Shown one piece after another: positions 1 to 9,786 of a stretch of DNA of 50,549 bases (position 1 is its first letter; every line of letters begins with the position of its first letter). Below the pieces are notes generated by a model. The model saw only the letters and a list, made by a program, of their open reading frames with translations. It was not told the DNA's origin and made no database searches. The translations under genes and the position numbers were made by a program. Source of the stretch: an uncultured archaeon (GTDB taxonomy: Archaea > Asgardarchaeota > Thorarchaeia > Thorarchaeales > Thorarchaeaceae); the NCBI GenBank assembly GCA_964631415.1, contig CAZVZC010000011.1, positions 1 to 50,549 on the forward strand. Direction: 5' to 3'.

Positions 1-197
1 TTCGTCAGCTGTTATCATATCAAGCGACTCTCCGAGGGCTTAAGTTGACATCCACAGCGGTCCTATTGGCTGGCACCTCAGCTTACGCCACATGGTCCGT
101 CAACTCCACTTCGGTCCTCTCGAAACGCTTTTATCACTGCTCAATCGAAGACTGTCTGTCTTCTAGTCGGAAGACCCAGAAGGAGGACAACGATCAG

Positions 198-1223
198 ATG
201 AGAATTGGAATTAGAGAGAAGAGAATTGCCACAATGTTGATTCTGGCAGCTCTCTTTGGCTCGTATCTCGTCGGACCAGTCCCCGTGCGGGCTGCAGGTA
301 CAGGCACAATAGTCTTCGACTATAGCCATGGCCAGACCAAAGTGTCTTTGCTTAACAACACAGACCTCTGGCTGAAAAACAACCTGACAGCGCTAGGCTA
401 CACGGTGGTCTGGGCCGTAGGCGGGATAAATGCGAGCATACTTGAGAATGCGGTGGCTTTCATCGCGGGCTCCATCTATGGTCTCACCAAGGGGTACACC
501 GTTGCTGAGGTGACCGCAATAACTGAGTGGTTCAATGCCGGAAAGAAGTTCATGTGGATTGGTTTAGACTCAGACAATGCCGGCTATTCGTATATCAACA
601 GGAACATGACCGAGATTCTCAATGGAGTGAAGTCTCACGTATACGGTGAGCCGACGTCCGTGGCAGATCCGGTGTCCAACACCGGCGCTTCGTACAGAGT
701 CGTGGCTAATATGACCAGCACTAACAGCTACGTAGCCCCGATTGTGGCGAATGTGGACAAGGTGCTCATGCACGGTCCAACATGCCTCTTCGGCAGCAAC
801 AGCACAACACCCAGCTACAGCACCGCTCCTGTTGCCCTTGAAACAACCACCATCACCAATGTATACCCATTGCTCTACTATGGTGGCAATGCGACAATCC
901 TTGACGCTGACGCAACTCCGCCCGTGGCCCACCTCGATGGTGCTAAAGGCAACTTCGTCGCTGCTACAATCGAGATCCAGGCTGGCACAGCCAAGACCGG
1001 CGTACTTGTCGTTTCAGGAGCATCGCCATACGCTGACTACATGCCGATGTACCAGTCCGAATACTATGGCGTCACACTTGACGGCTACAATCTGGTGAAG
1101 CAGGCCATTGACTTCGGCATCAACACTGCGACTGCCGTTGACATGACCCTGACCTACGCCATCGCGGCGATTGGTGTCGTCGTCGTAATCGTCATCATCG
1201 CTATAGTCCTCAAGAAGAAGTAG
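198..1223 (+). CDS. Secreted, C-terminally membrane-anchored protein with a GldG/IFT52 (GIFT)/DUF4350-like domain
   Basis: ATG at 198 follows AGGAGG (181-186) and a TTTTAT box (~129-134). It has an N-terminal signal peptide, an 'IVFDYSHGQ' motif, and a C-terminal hydrophobic helix ending KKK. Confidence 0.6.
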   Translation: MRIGIREKRIATMLILAALFGSYLVGPVPVRAAGTGTIVFDYSHGQTKVSLLNNTDLWLKNNLTALGYTVVWAVGGINASILENAVAFIAGSIYGLTKGYTVAEVTAITEWFNAGKKFMWIGLDSDNAGYSYINRNMTEILNGVKSHVYGEPTSVADPVSNTGASYRVVANMTSTNSYVAPIVANVDKVLMHGPTCLFGSNSTTPSYSTAPVALETTTITNVYPLLYYGGNATILDADATPPVAHLDGAKGNFVAATIEIQAGTAKTGVLVVSGASPYADYMPMYQSEYYGVTLDGYNLVKQAIDFGINTATAVDMTLTYAIAAIGVVVVIVIIAIVLKKK

Positions 1224-1233
1224 ACTCCAAGAA

Positions 1234-1275
1234 GAAGTAGACCGGTAACGCCTGTCTACTTCCCACCTCTTTTTT
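1234..1275 (+). terminator. Hairpin plus U-tract terminator
   Basis: GAAGTAGAC (1234-1242) pairs with GTCTACTTC (1254-1262), followed by CTCTTTTTTCCC. Confidence 0.6.
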
Positions 1276-1601
1276 CCCGATTTGGTTTCTCGGGATATTT
1301 GGAACGCAGCAATCAGGACGTGGCCGACTCTGATTCGGATTCCGACAACACTGCTGTTACATCCGTGGCAATCTCTGCAAGGGCACTCTTTGTCTTGTTC
1401 GCAGTCACGGAACGTCGGTGGCACGTTTTCCAAGCGCAACACTCTTTTCTGCAAAGATGAATGGCTATCCCCTTCTCCTGAAATCGTACAGTACGCGGTC
1501 TGAGCCCGGAAGGGCCAGTCTCTATGGACTGGACACGATTTCGACAATCTTCATATGCATTGGAACCATACCACGTATGAGCTTCGCTGTGGTGGTGCAC
1601 T

Positions 1602-2234
1602 GTGTCTGAGGATATCGGACTGACTCAGCGTGAGAGCGAGTCAGAGCTGGACATCATTCGCGCGTTTGGATGGTCCATAATCGAGTTTGAAGAGGTACTC
1701 TTCCAGAAGTTTCTCATCATGTCAGGACCAAACTCGATTATGACCAAGGAGCAGTTTGCAAAGAACCTCGCAAGGATGCATTCCAAGGGCTACATAGCTC
1801 CCCTACAGTTCCTTGGGAGGAAGGTCTGGAAGCGTCTTGTCGTGGCGGATGTGATGGAAGACACACTCTCACCCAGACCCATGAAGACAGCGCCTGTTGG
1901 CACGGAGTCCGGTCTGTTCGGAAGTGGAGTCAGGCAAGAGCCAGAAGAACATCTTGTCAGTGAGTCTAGGGTGATAGCAGAGGACATCGTCCGCACGATG
2001 AGGGGCAGACTGTTCAACGGTAGGGACCCGGACCAGAGAGCCAGAGAGATCCTGAAACGACACGCTTCGGGAATGCGTCGTGCACTGAGCGAGTCCAGAC
2101 AAGGCTTCCTTGACTATGTCCGCTCCAACACGCCTGAAATGAGCGAAGAGATGCAGACGATTCTGAGTTCCAAAGGAGAGGAGCTCGTGCTTCTCAGCTT
2201 GCGCCTGATCGAAGCAGGCTACGCGGGTTCGTGA
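1602..2234 (+). CDS. Hypothetical protein, possible N-terminal winged-helix region
   Basis: 210-aa ORF with GTG start and protein-like composition. 'LARMHSKGYIAP' resembles a wHTH helix/wing. Confidence 0.6.
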   Translation: MSEDIGLTQRESESELDIIRAFGWSIIEFEEVLFQKFLIMSGPNSIMTKEQFAKNLARMHSKGYIAPLQFLGRKVWKRLVVADVMEDTLSPRPMKTAPVGTESGLFGSGVRQEPEEHLVSESRVIAEDIVRTMRGRLFNGRDPDQRAREILKRHASGMRRALSESRQGFLDYVRSNTPEMSEEMQTILSSKGEELVLLSLRLIEAGYAGS

Positions 2235-2280
2235 ACGCGCCAGACGTGCCTCATTCACCCTCAGGACGACTGTTGATCGC

Positions 2281-3372
2281 CTAATAGTTTCTCTCCACTA
2301 GGAAGCTGGAGAGGCCCAAGAGAAATCCCTTGTACTTAGGCGTGAGGGGAGGCTTGGTTTCCAATGCTTTCTGTCCAGCGGCTAGCAGTTTCTTCATCAG
2401 ATCCTGAGTAGCCTTGAGCGCTCCTGAATCCTTGAAAACTGTCTTCACCTGCTCCACTTGCTCTTTGGTAAGGTCACTTCTGCCCATGTGTTCGTCGAGA
2501 ATCTTCTTCTGCTCAGGGGTCCCACGACGGTATGACTCAATCACTAACATTGTCTTCTTCCCCTCCTTGATATCGCCGTCAACGGCCTTTCCTGTGATAG
2601 ACTCATCACCGAACGAACCCAGTATATCGTCCTGCACCTGAAATGCCTGCCCGACCTTCGTTCCGAACTCTCGTAAGCCGTCAAGCTGAGATTGCGTGGC
2701 TTGTGCTATTGTTGCGCCCATCAGCAACGAGTCCTCAAACAGCACGGCTGTCTTCATGCGTATCATCTCAAGATACGCCTCCGGCGTCGTATCCTTCTCT
2801 TTCGTCATAATCGTTTCGAGAAGCACTCCTTCTGCGAGGGTATGGTACGCATGCTGATAGTAACTGATACACTGCAATGCGACCTTTGGATCCAGCTCAG
2901 ATGATACAATCATCTCAGCGCCCATGTTCAGAAGAGAGTCACCACCCAGAATGGCCATTGCAGTCCCAAAGTCCTTGGCCTTTTCTAGGTTCTTGGACAT
3001 CTTCTTGTACGTGTCTCGATAGAGAGCATGAAATGTGGGTCCGCCTCGACGAGTTTCATCATGGTCTATCAAGTCATCGTGGAGGAGAGACCCGTTATGG
3101 AGTATCTCAATTGAGCATGCAGCACGATAGAGATGCTTCACGTCGACCTTCTCGTGCACCGCCCTGTAGCCAGCAGTGACTAGCACGGGCCGAAGTCTCT
3201 TGCCACCGCGCATGACATACTCTTTGACATTCTCATAGTACTGACCCACCCATGCTCCAAGCCTCCGACCTTCCTTAACCTTCGAGTCGAGATACTCGCT
3301 CAGTGCACGGTTCACCAGTTCTGATTCTGAATTCCAGATCTCCTTGTAGTCGCCCAACGCTGCTTCGCTCAA
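2281..3372 (-). CDS. idsA: Polyprenyl diphosphate synthase (GGPP synthase)
   Basis: GGKRLRP, first Asp-rich motif LLHDDLIDHDETRRG, KT motif, second motif FQVQDDILG, and DIKEGKKT. Confidence 0.9.
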   Translation of the reverse strand: MSEAALGDYKEIWNSESELVNRALSEYLDSKVKEGRRLGAWVGQYYENVKEYVMRGGKRLRPVLVTAGYRAVHEKVDVKHLYRAACSIEILHNGSLLHDDLIDHDETRRGGPTFHALYRDTYKKMSKNLEKAKDFGTAMAILGGDSLLNMGAEMIVSSELDPKVALQCISYYQHAYHTLAEGVLLETIMTKEKDTTPEAYLEMIRMKTAVLFEDSLLMGATIAQATQSQLDGLREFGTKVGQAFQVQDDILGSFGDESITGKAVDGDIKEGKKTMLVIESYRRGTPEQKKILDEHMGRSDLTKEQVEQVKTVFKDSGALKATQDLMKKLLAAGQKALETKPPLTPKYKGFLLGLSSFLVERNY

Positions 3373-3458
3373 GATGGGACAGCCAAAGAGGAACTCTTTA
3401 ACATTTCTGAATATGTCGAAGTCAGATTAACTAATGAACGAAGTGGTTCTTGCCCCGT

Positions 3459-4820
3459 CTATTGACCCACCAGCTCCAAGCCAGAGAAGGCTAACGTGGG
3501 AATCACGCAATGGTCATGGACCTCTCTGTCGGAGCTCGCCACGACCTCTCGAGCGAGGGACTCATACAGGTTACCGACCAAGAGACAATGTTTGACCTGA
3601 GCAGTGATCTCACCGTTCTCTATGATGCAGGCGTTCCGGACCTCGTTGGAGAAAGCTCCCGACATTGAATCGACTTGTGGCCAAGCGAAATGCTCCACAT
3701 AGACACCCTTCTGAACTTCACGGATGATTTCGTCGAGTGACTTGGTTCCGGCCGGTATCTCAAGCGTCGTTACACCGCAAGACGCAGGCTGGCTGAACCG
3801 GCCAAGACTGTCTCTGGGGTCACGTCTAAGTCCATTCCCTGTCGACGACACACCAGAAACACCAGCGTTGTAGCTGTCAAAGAAGTAAGACCTGAGAGTG
3901 CCGCTCTCGACGAGAGTCGTCTTCCGAGTTGGGACCCCTTCGTCGTCCACCACTGAGCTAAGTAGTCCCGCGCTTGAGAGACCGTCATCAAACACAGTCA
4001 AGCTCTTGTGTGCCACTTGACTACCAAGCTTGTCTGCCCACGGACTTGATCTATTGTTCACATTCTCTGCTGAGGCGGCCCATCCTACTAGCTGGTGCAA
4101 CATCTCGCTGCCTTCAGACGGGGCAAGGAGTGCTACGATACCTGCCCAGTTCTCTTTGAACGCTGTTGCCTTGAGTACACTCAATGCTTGAGACTTAAGC
4201 TTCTCCCCCAAGCTTGTGAAGTTGATTTTGAACAGGTCGCGAGACCAGCATCTCTGTACGCCCTCTCCTACCAGGCCTCCATCTTGAGCTTTCGCTGTGA
4301 AAAAGCCGAAGACATTCGTGGATATCGAGCCTGCCCTCACACCAAGCGAGTTGTGGACAGTGAATTCTACGGAACTAGCACGCAATACCCCGTTTGGAAC
4401 GCTCACGTTCTTGGCCGCAGCAGCGTGGACCAGCAGCATCACCTTCTCAAGGAGCTCAGGAATCCCGGCATTTGCAGTCGGCTTATCGAAGAAACGGTCC
4501 ATTCTGCCTGAAGCGGCCTTGGGGTCAGGCAGTGAAACAAACTTCGTGTCCTCGCTGCTAACACGGGCCACTGACTTGGCACGTTTCACAACGTCCTCAG
4601 GTGACTCAGACAGCAGCGTCGAGCTTGTGAAACCCAACCGCTTCTGTAGCACAAACTTCAGACCGATACCAAACTCGGTCTTCTGGTCAGCGACCTTTGG
4701 TATGTTATCGTCAATGTATACACTCGATGTTTTGGTCGTGAGCGCAAACACCTCAGCCTGGGACGCACCTTCCTTTTCGGACAATGACAGCAGCTTGCCT
4801 GCAATCTGCTCCTTGTCCAT
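3459..4820 (-). CDS. pmbA: TldE/PmbA family protein
   Basis: DDEGVPT and TGNG motifs without HExxH. ATG at 4820 lies directly after the tldD stop. Confidence 0.85.
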   Translation of the reverse strand: MDKEQIAGKLLSLSEKEGASQAEVFALTTKTSSVYIDDNIPKVADQKTEFGIGLKFVLQKRLGFTSSTLLSESPEDVVKRAKSVARVSSEDTKFVSLPDPKAASGRMDRFFDKPTANAGIPELLEKVMLLVHAAAAKNVSVPNGVLRASSVEFTVHNSLGVRAGSISTNVFGFFTAKAQDGGLVGEGVQRCWSRDLFKINFTSLGEKLKSQALSVLKATAFKENWAGIVALLAPSEGSEMLHQLVGWAASAENVNNRSSPWADKLGSQVAHKSLTVFDDGLSSAGLLSSVVDDEGVPTRKTTLVESGTLRSYFFDSYNAGVSGVSSTGNGLRRDPRDSLGRFSQPASCGVTTLEIPAGTKSLDEIIREVQKGVYVEHFAWPQVDSMSGAFSNEVRNACIIENGEITAQVKHCLLVGNLYESLAREVVASSDREVHDHCVIPTLAFSGLELVGQ

Positions 4821-4821
4821 T

Positions 4822-6210
4822 CTATCCACCCCCAATGACCATGCGCGCCCTCATGTGAGGACCACCTGATGATACAGGTATGAAGTCCTCTTCACCCTTT
4901 CCGCAGGTGCCTCCTGAGAACTGAAGGGCGTTTCCTACAGCATCGACTGTCTTGAGAACTTCGAGCACTTTGCCGGTCAGTGCCATTCCCCTTACGAGAG
5001 TTTTCAATTCGCCATTCTTTATGATATACCCCTTCAGAGCCAGGCACTGGACTCCGCCACCCACGACATCTTCCATGCCCGATGTCATTTTGACCACGTA
5101 TAGACCGTCCTTGGTGTCATGGAGAATCTCCTCATCAGTCCACTCTCCAACGTCGAAGTAGGTGTTTGTCATTCTCGCAAACACTCTGTGGTTGTAGTCT
5201 TGCGCTCGTCCGTTGCCAGTTGGGAGCACACCCATCCGATTTGACGTTTCGAGTGTGTGCAAATAGCCTTTGTATTCTCCACGACCGATAATCTCTGTCC
5301 GCGATGCCGGAGTACCTTCTGAGTCAAAGGGAACAGTGCCTCTTAGGCCCTCAATCGTCCCGTCGTCGACCAGAGTGACTGCCTCTGAGGCCACTCGTAC
5401 GCCCACCAGTCCTGTTAGGAATGAGCGGCCCTTGACTACCTCATCAGCCTCGCTAGCATGGCCACAGACCTCGTGAGCTATCAGTCCAGCGATGTCCCCA
5501 TCTGTCACGACCGTCATCTCACCAGAGGGGGGCTTTGCTGCCGAGAGGAGATCGACTGCACCGCGTCCACATCCTCCTGCAAAGTCGTCTGCATCGATTC
5601 TGCGGACTAGCTCATAACCCGCAAGCCCATCCCTCACCGCATAGTCAAATTGCACCTTTGGGCCTTCCCTCGCCACGGACTGAACTGCGGCCCTCATTCG
5701 TATCTCGTCCCACTCGAGTCGGGAACCGGCACTGTTCGCGAGTTTCGCATCAATCCTTGATTCCTCGTACATCGAGTTGGTATTGACCACTCTCTCGTCG
5801 ACCTTCTGGGCCTTGTCCAGCTCCATCAAGAACGTTAGCTTCTCTTCGTCACTCACCGTTTGAGGGTCTTCTTTCATCTTCTGGTGCACTGAAACAGTCA
5901 AAGGACTGACATTAGAGATCTCTATTCTCTTCTCTGAGTACCTAGCCCCAGCTCTTGCCATGCGTAGAGCCCCAGACAGCAGCTCTTTGAGAGAAGACGC
6001 TGTCACAGCCTGTGTTGTCGAAGCCTGACCCCAGCACTCACCAACCAGCACTCTTGCGACAGTCCCGGCTCTGTTTGTTCGTTCGAATCTCCTTAGAGCG
6101 CGATTGACCACAGCCAAACGCGTTGATGAGCGGACCTCATGACGAATATCCGCGAACAGTACATCCTTAGAGGACAGGTGCTCAATCGCCCTACTCATGG
6201 CATCTAACAT
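4822..6210 (-). CDS. tldD: TldD family metalloprotease
   Basis: HEVCGHASEAD zinc motif, FDSEG, TGNGRA, RMTNTY and CGKG. Confidence 0.9.
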   Translation of the reverse strand: MLDAMSRAIEHLSSKDVLFADIRHEVRSSTRLAVVNRALRRFERTNRAGTVARVLVGECWGQASTTQAVTASSLKELLSGALRMARAGARYSEKRIEISNVSPLTVSVHQKMKEDPQTVSDEEKLTFLMELDKAQKVDERVVNTNSMYEESRIDAKLANSAGSRLEWDEIRMRAAVQSVAREGPKVQFDYAVRDGLAGYELVRRIDADDFAGGCGRGAVDLLSAAKPPSGEMTVVTDGDIAGLIAHEVCGHASEADEVVKGRSFLTGLVGVRVASEAVTLVDDGTIEGLRGTVPFDSEGTPASRTEIIGRGEYKGYLHTLETSNRMGVLPTGNGRAQDYNHRVFARMTNTYFDVGEWTDEEILHDTKDGLYVVKMTSGMEDVVGGGVQCLALKGYIIKNGELKTLVRGMALTGKVLEVLKTVDAVGNALQFSGGTCGKGEEDFIPVSSGGPHMRARMVIGGG

Positions 6211-6285
6211 AGCATCACGCGTTGAAATCAGCCGGGCTAATTGAAGATAAGCGTTCGTGAGGGAGCAAGCTCTCTCCCTAGGAGG

Positions 6286-7203
6286 CTACCGAGCATAGAG
6301 CGTCCCTCGCAGGACCGTGACTGCTGTGCCGCTCACTTTCACCTGTTCTATCTCCCTAGCGTCGCCCCTGACCTCAACGAAGATTTTCCCGGGTCGCCCC
6401 ATTGAATGACCTTGTTCGACCACGATACTCGTCACAGGGATAGTCGGGCTCATGAAACCATACTTGATGATGTAGCACCCCATGCTCCCCGCCGCTGAAC
6501 CTGTGACAGCATCCTCATTGATACCAAGCGACGGAGCGAAATGCCTGACATGGACGTCGGATGTGACCTCAAGAACCTGTCTTGTGAAAACCTGGATTGA
6601 AACATAGTCTACGTTCTTGCCAAGCTCCAGGAGCCGGTCCCAGTCCGGATGAATCCTCTGAAGGGCACTGAGCGTTGTGACAGGCAACATAAGCTGAGGC
6701 GTACCTGTGCTGACCGTCTGTACAGGACAAGAAGACATGATGTCCGCCAAGCTCAGACCAAGAGCCTCAGCATAGTCTCTCGGGTCGTAAGTAGTCATGA
6801 ACTCAGGGTTCCTGTGAGTGATCTGTATCTCATGCATGCCTGTCGTTTCGTTCTTGACTATCTCTACAGGCAGGACACCAGCTCTGGTTTCGACCGTGAC
6901 GGTGGTCACATCGCCAACAACATCGATGATGCCTTCCTCAACCATCGAGTGGAATGCAGCAATCGTCAAGTGTCCTGAGAAGGACATCTCGCCCCTAGGG
7001 GCCATAAACCGCAGGCGATGGTCTGCCAGATTCGATCCCGAAACGAAGACGGTCTGTCCAACCCCAAGCTCTCTCGAAAGCTTCTGAATCGTTTCGTCAG
7101 TCAGATCATCCGCATTCAAGACAACAGCAGCTGGATTCCCACCAAAAGGTACGTCTGTAAAGGCGTCGACCTGTGCGAATGGAAGTCCGCGGCTTTTCTT
7201 CAT
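6286..7203 (-). CDS. PhzF family isomerase/epimerase
   Basis: QVDAFTDVPFGGNPAAVV, EMSFSGH and EDAVTGSA. ATG at 7203 preferred over TTG at 7239. Confidence 0.85.
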   Translation of the reverse strand: MKKSRGLPFAQVDAFTDVPFGGNPAAVVLNADDLTDETIQKLSRELGVGQTVFVSGSNLADHRLRFMAPRGEMSFSGHLTIAAFHSMVEEGIIDVVGDVTTVTVETRAGVLPVEIVKNETTGMHEIQITHRNPEFMTTYDPRDYAEALGLSLADIMSSCPVQTVSTGTPQLMLPVTTLSALQRIHPDWDRLLELGKNVDYVSIQVFTRQVLEVTSDVHVRHFAPSLGINEDAVTGSAAGSMGCYIIKYGFMSPTIPVTSIVVEQGHSMGRPGKIFVEVRGDAREIEQVKVSGTAVTVLRGTLYAR

Positions 7204-7323
7204 GTGATAACAACCGAAACCCACATCCTCCGCCTTCAATTAAGAGTTGTGTGTGAATCTACGGACCGCTTTCCAGAAACGCTTCTCAGCTAATGGGAGA
7301 TTGTGATGCAAGAATGAGGAGGT

Positions 7324-7405
7324 GGCAGGCGTGCAGGTAATCGTGGTAGGAGGGGGGAGTTTCGTAATTGAGGGCATGTAACGAAAACAAGCCCGCACGC
7401 CCGCC
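7324..7405 (-). ncRNA. Candidate structured RNA (14-bp stem, inner stem, C-rich loop)
   Basis: On the minus strand GGCGGGCGUGCGGG pairs with CCUGCACGCCUGCC using two G-U pairs. Inner UUUCGU/ACGAAA stem. TATA-like TTTAAAAG at ~7480-7487 on the minus strand. Confidence 0.35.
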
Positions 7406-7626
7406 TCTGCTTACAGCACTACTAATCGGTGTGTTCCCACATCACCCACCAGTAGTCTACAGACATAGAAAGGGAGGTTTCTTTTAAACTTATTCCTGCA
7501 GGACTGGTTTAATCTAACATTAACTTTCGAAACTTGCACACGTCGATTCGTCATCCGCCGCAGTGTCGCAGTCGACTCAATGGATGAGAACGCGGCTCAG
7601 GAGCCGCCAGCATCCTGGAGAGTGAG

Positions 7627-7647
7627 GAAGAGCCACGAGGGCTCTTC
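7627..7647 (-). terminator. Hairpin downstream of tes
   Basis: GAAGAGCC/GGCTCTTC 8-bp inverted repeat 30 nt after the stop codon. Confidence 0.45.
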
Positions 7648-7677
7648 TGCTTCCAGAATCAACCGAACTGGCTATGG

Positions 7678-9327
7678 CTAAGCCTCGCCCGCATACGGCT
7701 TGGTTATGCTCTCAACTTCAACTTGACTCGGGTCGCGCGTCTTCTGCCACTTGGACAGCGGCATTGCGAACTTCTTCTCAATCCTTGATCTGTGGATTGT
7801 GTTCATAGTGCAGAAAGGAACAATCCTCCCATCAGGCACTGCGTAGTTCACGTCACACTGCTGTACTCGTTCCAGGTCAAAGTTGTAGGCGTCTTGGAAG
7901 TGCATGATGCCTATCATGACTATGCGGTGCATGAAACCTGCAAGCGAATCGTAGTCACCTCGGTTCAGGAACGCAGTGAGTAGGTCTTTCATGATTCCCT
8001 TCTTCTTGATGTGCCGGACACTGCCGACCAACTTCGCCTTCGCTCGCTTGCTAGCACCACTCTTCTTGTCTGCGTAGAGATTGGCGATATCTGTGAGTAT
8101 GCCGAGGAACTTGTCAACGTCAATCACATTTGTGATCGGCTCATAGCTCCCATCCTCATCAATGAACAAGAAGGTGGCCATCCCACATGCGAAGTGCGAA
8201 CTGAGTTCCAGCTGGGGGATGCCTTTCATAAGACCAAGAGCCCTGCCCACAGGCATCATGGCCGGCACCGGATACCATGCCGAAACTGGAATTCGACCAT
8301 TGGTCTGTTCATCAATCCTGTGAATGACGTCTGGAATCGTGATTCGCATCTCTCTGCGCTTGTCATGGTCAATCCGACCAGTTATGCTGACGGGCTGGAA
8401 GTTGACGCACCGAACCACATCTCGGTTCTTGACCGCAAACTCCACTATCTTGCCAAGCTGGTCGTCATTGATCCCTCTTACCACTGTGGGCACAAGGACG
8501 ATCGCGTCGAGACCAACCTTGCGGCAGTTCTCGATTGCCTTCATCTTGATCGGGAGAAGGTTCGTTGCCCTCGCTGCCAAGTATGGTTCTGGTGTCACGC
8601 CGTCGAACTGCATGTATATCGCGGACAGACCCGCGTCGGCAAGTTCCTTCGCGTACTCAAGACTCTTCCCAATCCTGATCGAATTGCTGGCGATCTGAAC
8701 ATGCCTGAAACCTAGCTGCTTCGCCCAACGGATGTACTGAGGCAAGTTCTTGCTCACTGTCGGTTCTCCGCCGGCGAATTGTATCGCTGGTGCTGGCACG
8801 GGCATGTTCCTCCTCAGGTTTCTCATCATCTCAAGAACCTCTTCTGGAGTTGGCTCATAGACGGTGCCAGACTCTGCGGCATGTGCAAAGCAGATGGGAC
8901 ACCGCAGGTTGCAGCGATTGGTGACATCCAAGAGTGCAAGCGCTGTGTGAGACTGATGCTCAGGACACTGACCGCAGTCGTTGGGACAACCTTCAACGGT
9001 CTTAGTCCTTGGATTGTCAAGGCCAACGGTCTTGTACCAGTAGGTCTGGGCGCGTCTGAACATTTCTGCATCGCCCCAGTAGACATCTGTGAACTCGCCA
9101 TGCTTAGGGCAGGTCTTCTTGTACATGACCTTCCCGTCCTCTTCATACAGAGTCGCATCAATGACATGGACTTGATCGTCAGTGAGCAGACACTCAGGAC
9201 AGATGGACTTCGTTGTATAGGGCAGCGACTTGACCTCGTGCTTGTCTACGTGGTACCTAGAGATGTCCTTGCCATCTGTGATATGAGTGACATCTGTTTC
9301 AGGTACTCGCTTGACTTCTGTTTCCAT
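7678..9327 (-). CDS. tes: Tetraether lipid synthase Tes (GDGT-MAS, MJ0619 family radical SAM)
   Basis: N-terminal CPEC...CPKHG and CPNDCGQCPEH, radical SAM CNLRCPIC, GGEPT, YMQFDG, and C-terminal MHFQDAYNFD...PFC. Confidence 0.85.
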   Translation of the reverse strand: METEVKRVPETDVTHITDGKDISRYHVDKHEVKSLPYTTKSICPECLLTDDQVHVIDATLYEEDGKVMYKKTCPKHGEFTDVYWGDAEMFRRAQTYWYKTVGLDNPRTKTVEGCPNDCGQCPEHQSHTALALLDVTNRCNLRCPICFAHAAESGTVYEPTPEEVLEMMRNLRRNMPVPAPAIQFAGGEPTVSKNLPQYIRWAKQLGFRHVQIASNSIRIGKSLEYAKELADAGLSAIYMQFDGVTPEPYLAARATNLLPIKMKAIENCRKVGLDAIVLVPTVVRGINDDQLGKIVEFAVKNRDVVRCVNFQPVSITGRIDHDKRREMRITIPDVIHRIDEQTNGRIPVSAWYPVPAMMPVGRALGLMKGIPQLELSSHFACGMATFLFIDEDGSYEPITNVIDVDKFLGILTDIANLYADKKSGASKRAKAKLVGSVRHIKKKGIMKDLLTAFLNRGDYDSLAGFMHRIVMIGIMHFQDAYNFDLERVQQCDVNYAVPDGRIVPFCTMNTIHRSRIEKKFAMPLSKWQKTRDPSQVEVESITKPYAGEA

Positions 9328-9461
9328 AATCGTCAATCTCCAGCGTCGGATAGCGCCACCACTGAGAGTAGTGGTATTCTTAGAGGAAGAGCGCGCTCCA
9401 ACCCGATTTAAGCCTTGTCCGATGTTTCAGAGTATGAAGCAGGGTATGGTTAGCCGCTCAA

Positions 9462-9776
9462 TCATACCCCGAGTGAGAGCACATAGCCTCTTTCAAAGCC
9501 ACCCCGTAGGCGTTTCTTCCGTTTACGTATTGCTTCGATTGCACGCCAGCCGATACACCTCAAATTCAGAAGTCTATGGATTGCTTCAAGAATGTCGGCA
9601 ATCTCAGCAGCATCTCCAGATAGAAGGAGTTCTTGGGCTTCCTCTACGATCTTCTCTCTCAGGAGTGCGTCCAGCTCCTGTTCTGATGCGATACGGACGA
9701 CCGGAGACCCACCTTCTGCCCGTATCGCATCGGGAATGAGATCGCGGACCAACTTCTCTCGGGTCACCAAAGTCAC
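9462..9776 (-). CDS. MazG-like/HisE-like nucleoside triphosphate pyrophosphohydrolase
   Basis: KLVRDLIP, EEAQE, EIADILE and RGGFERG motifs. Confidence 0.8.
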   Translation of the reverse strand: MTLVTREKLVRDLIPDAIRAEGGSPVVRIASEQELDALLREKIVEEAQELLLSGDAAEIADILEAIHRLLNLRCIGWRAIEAIRKRKKRLRGGFERGYVLSLGV

Positions 9777-9786
9777 CGGCTAGACT

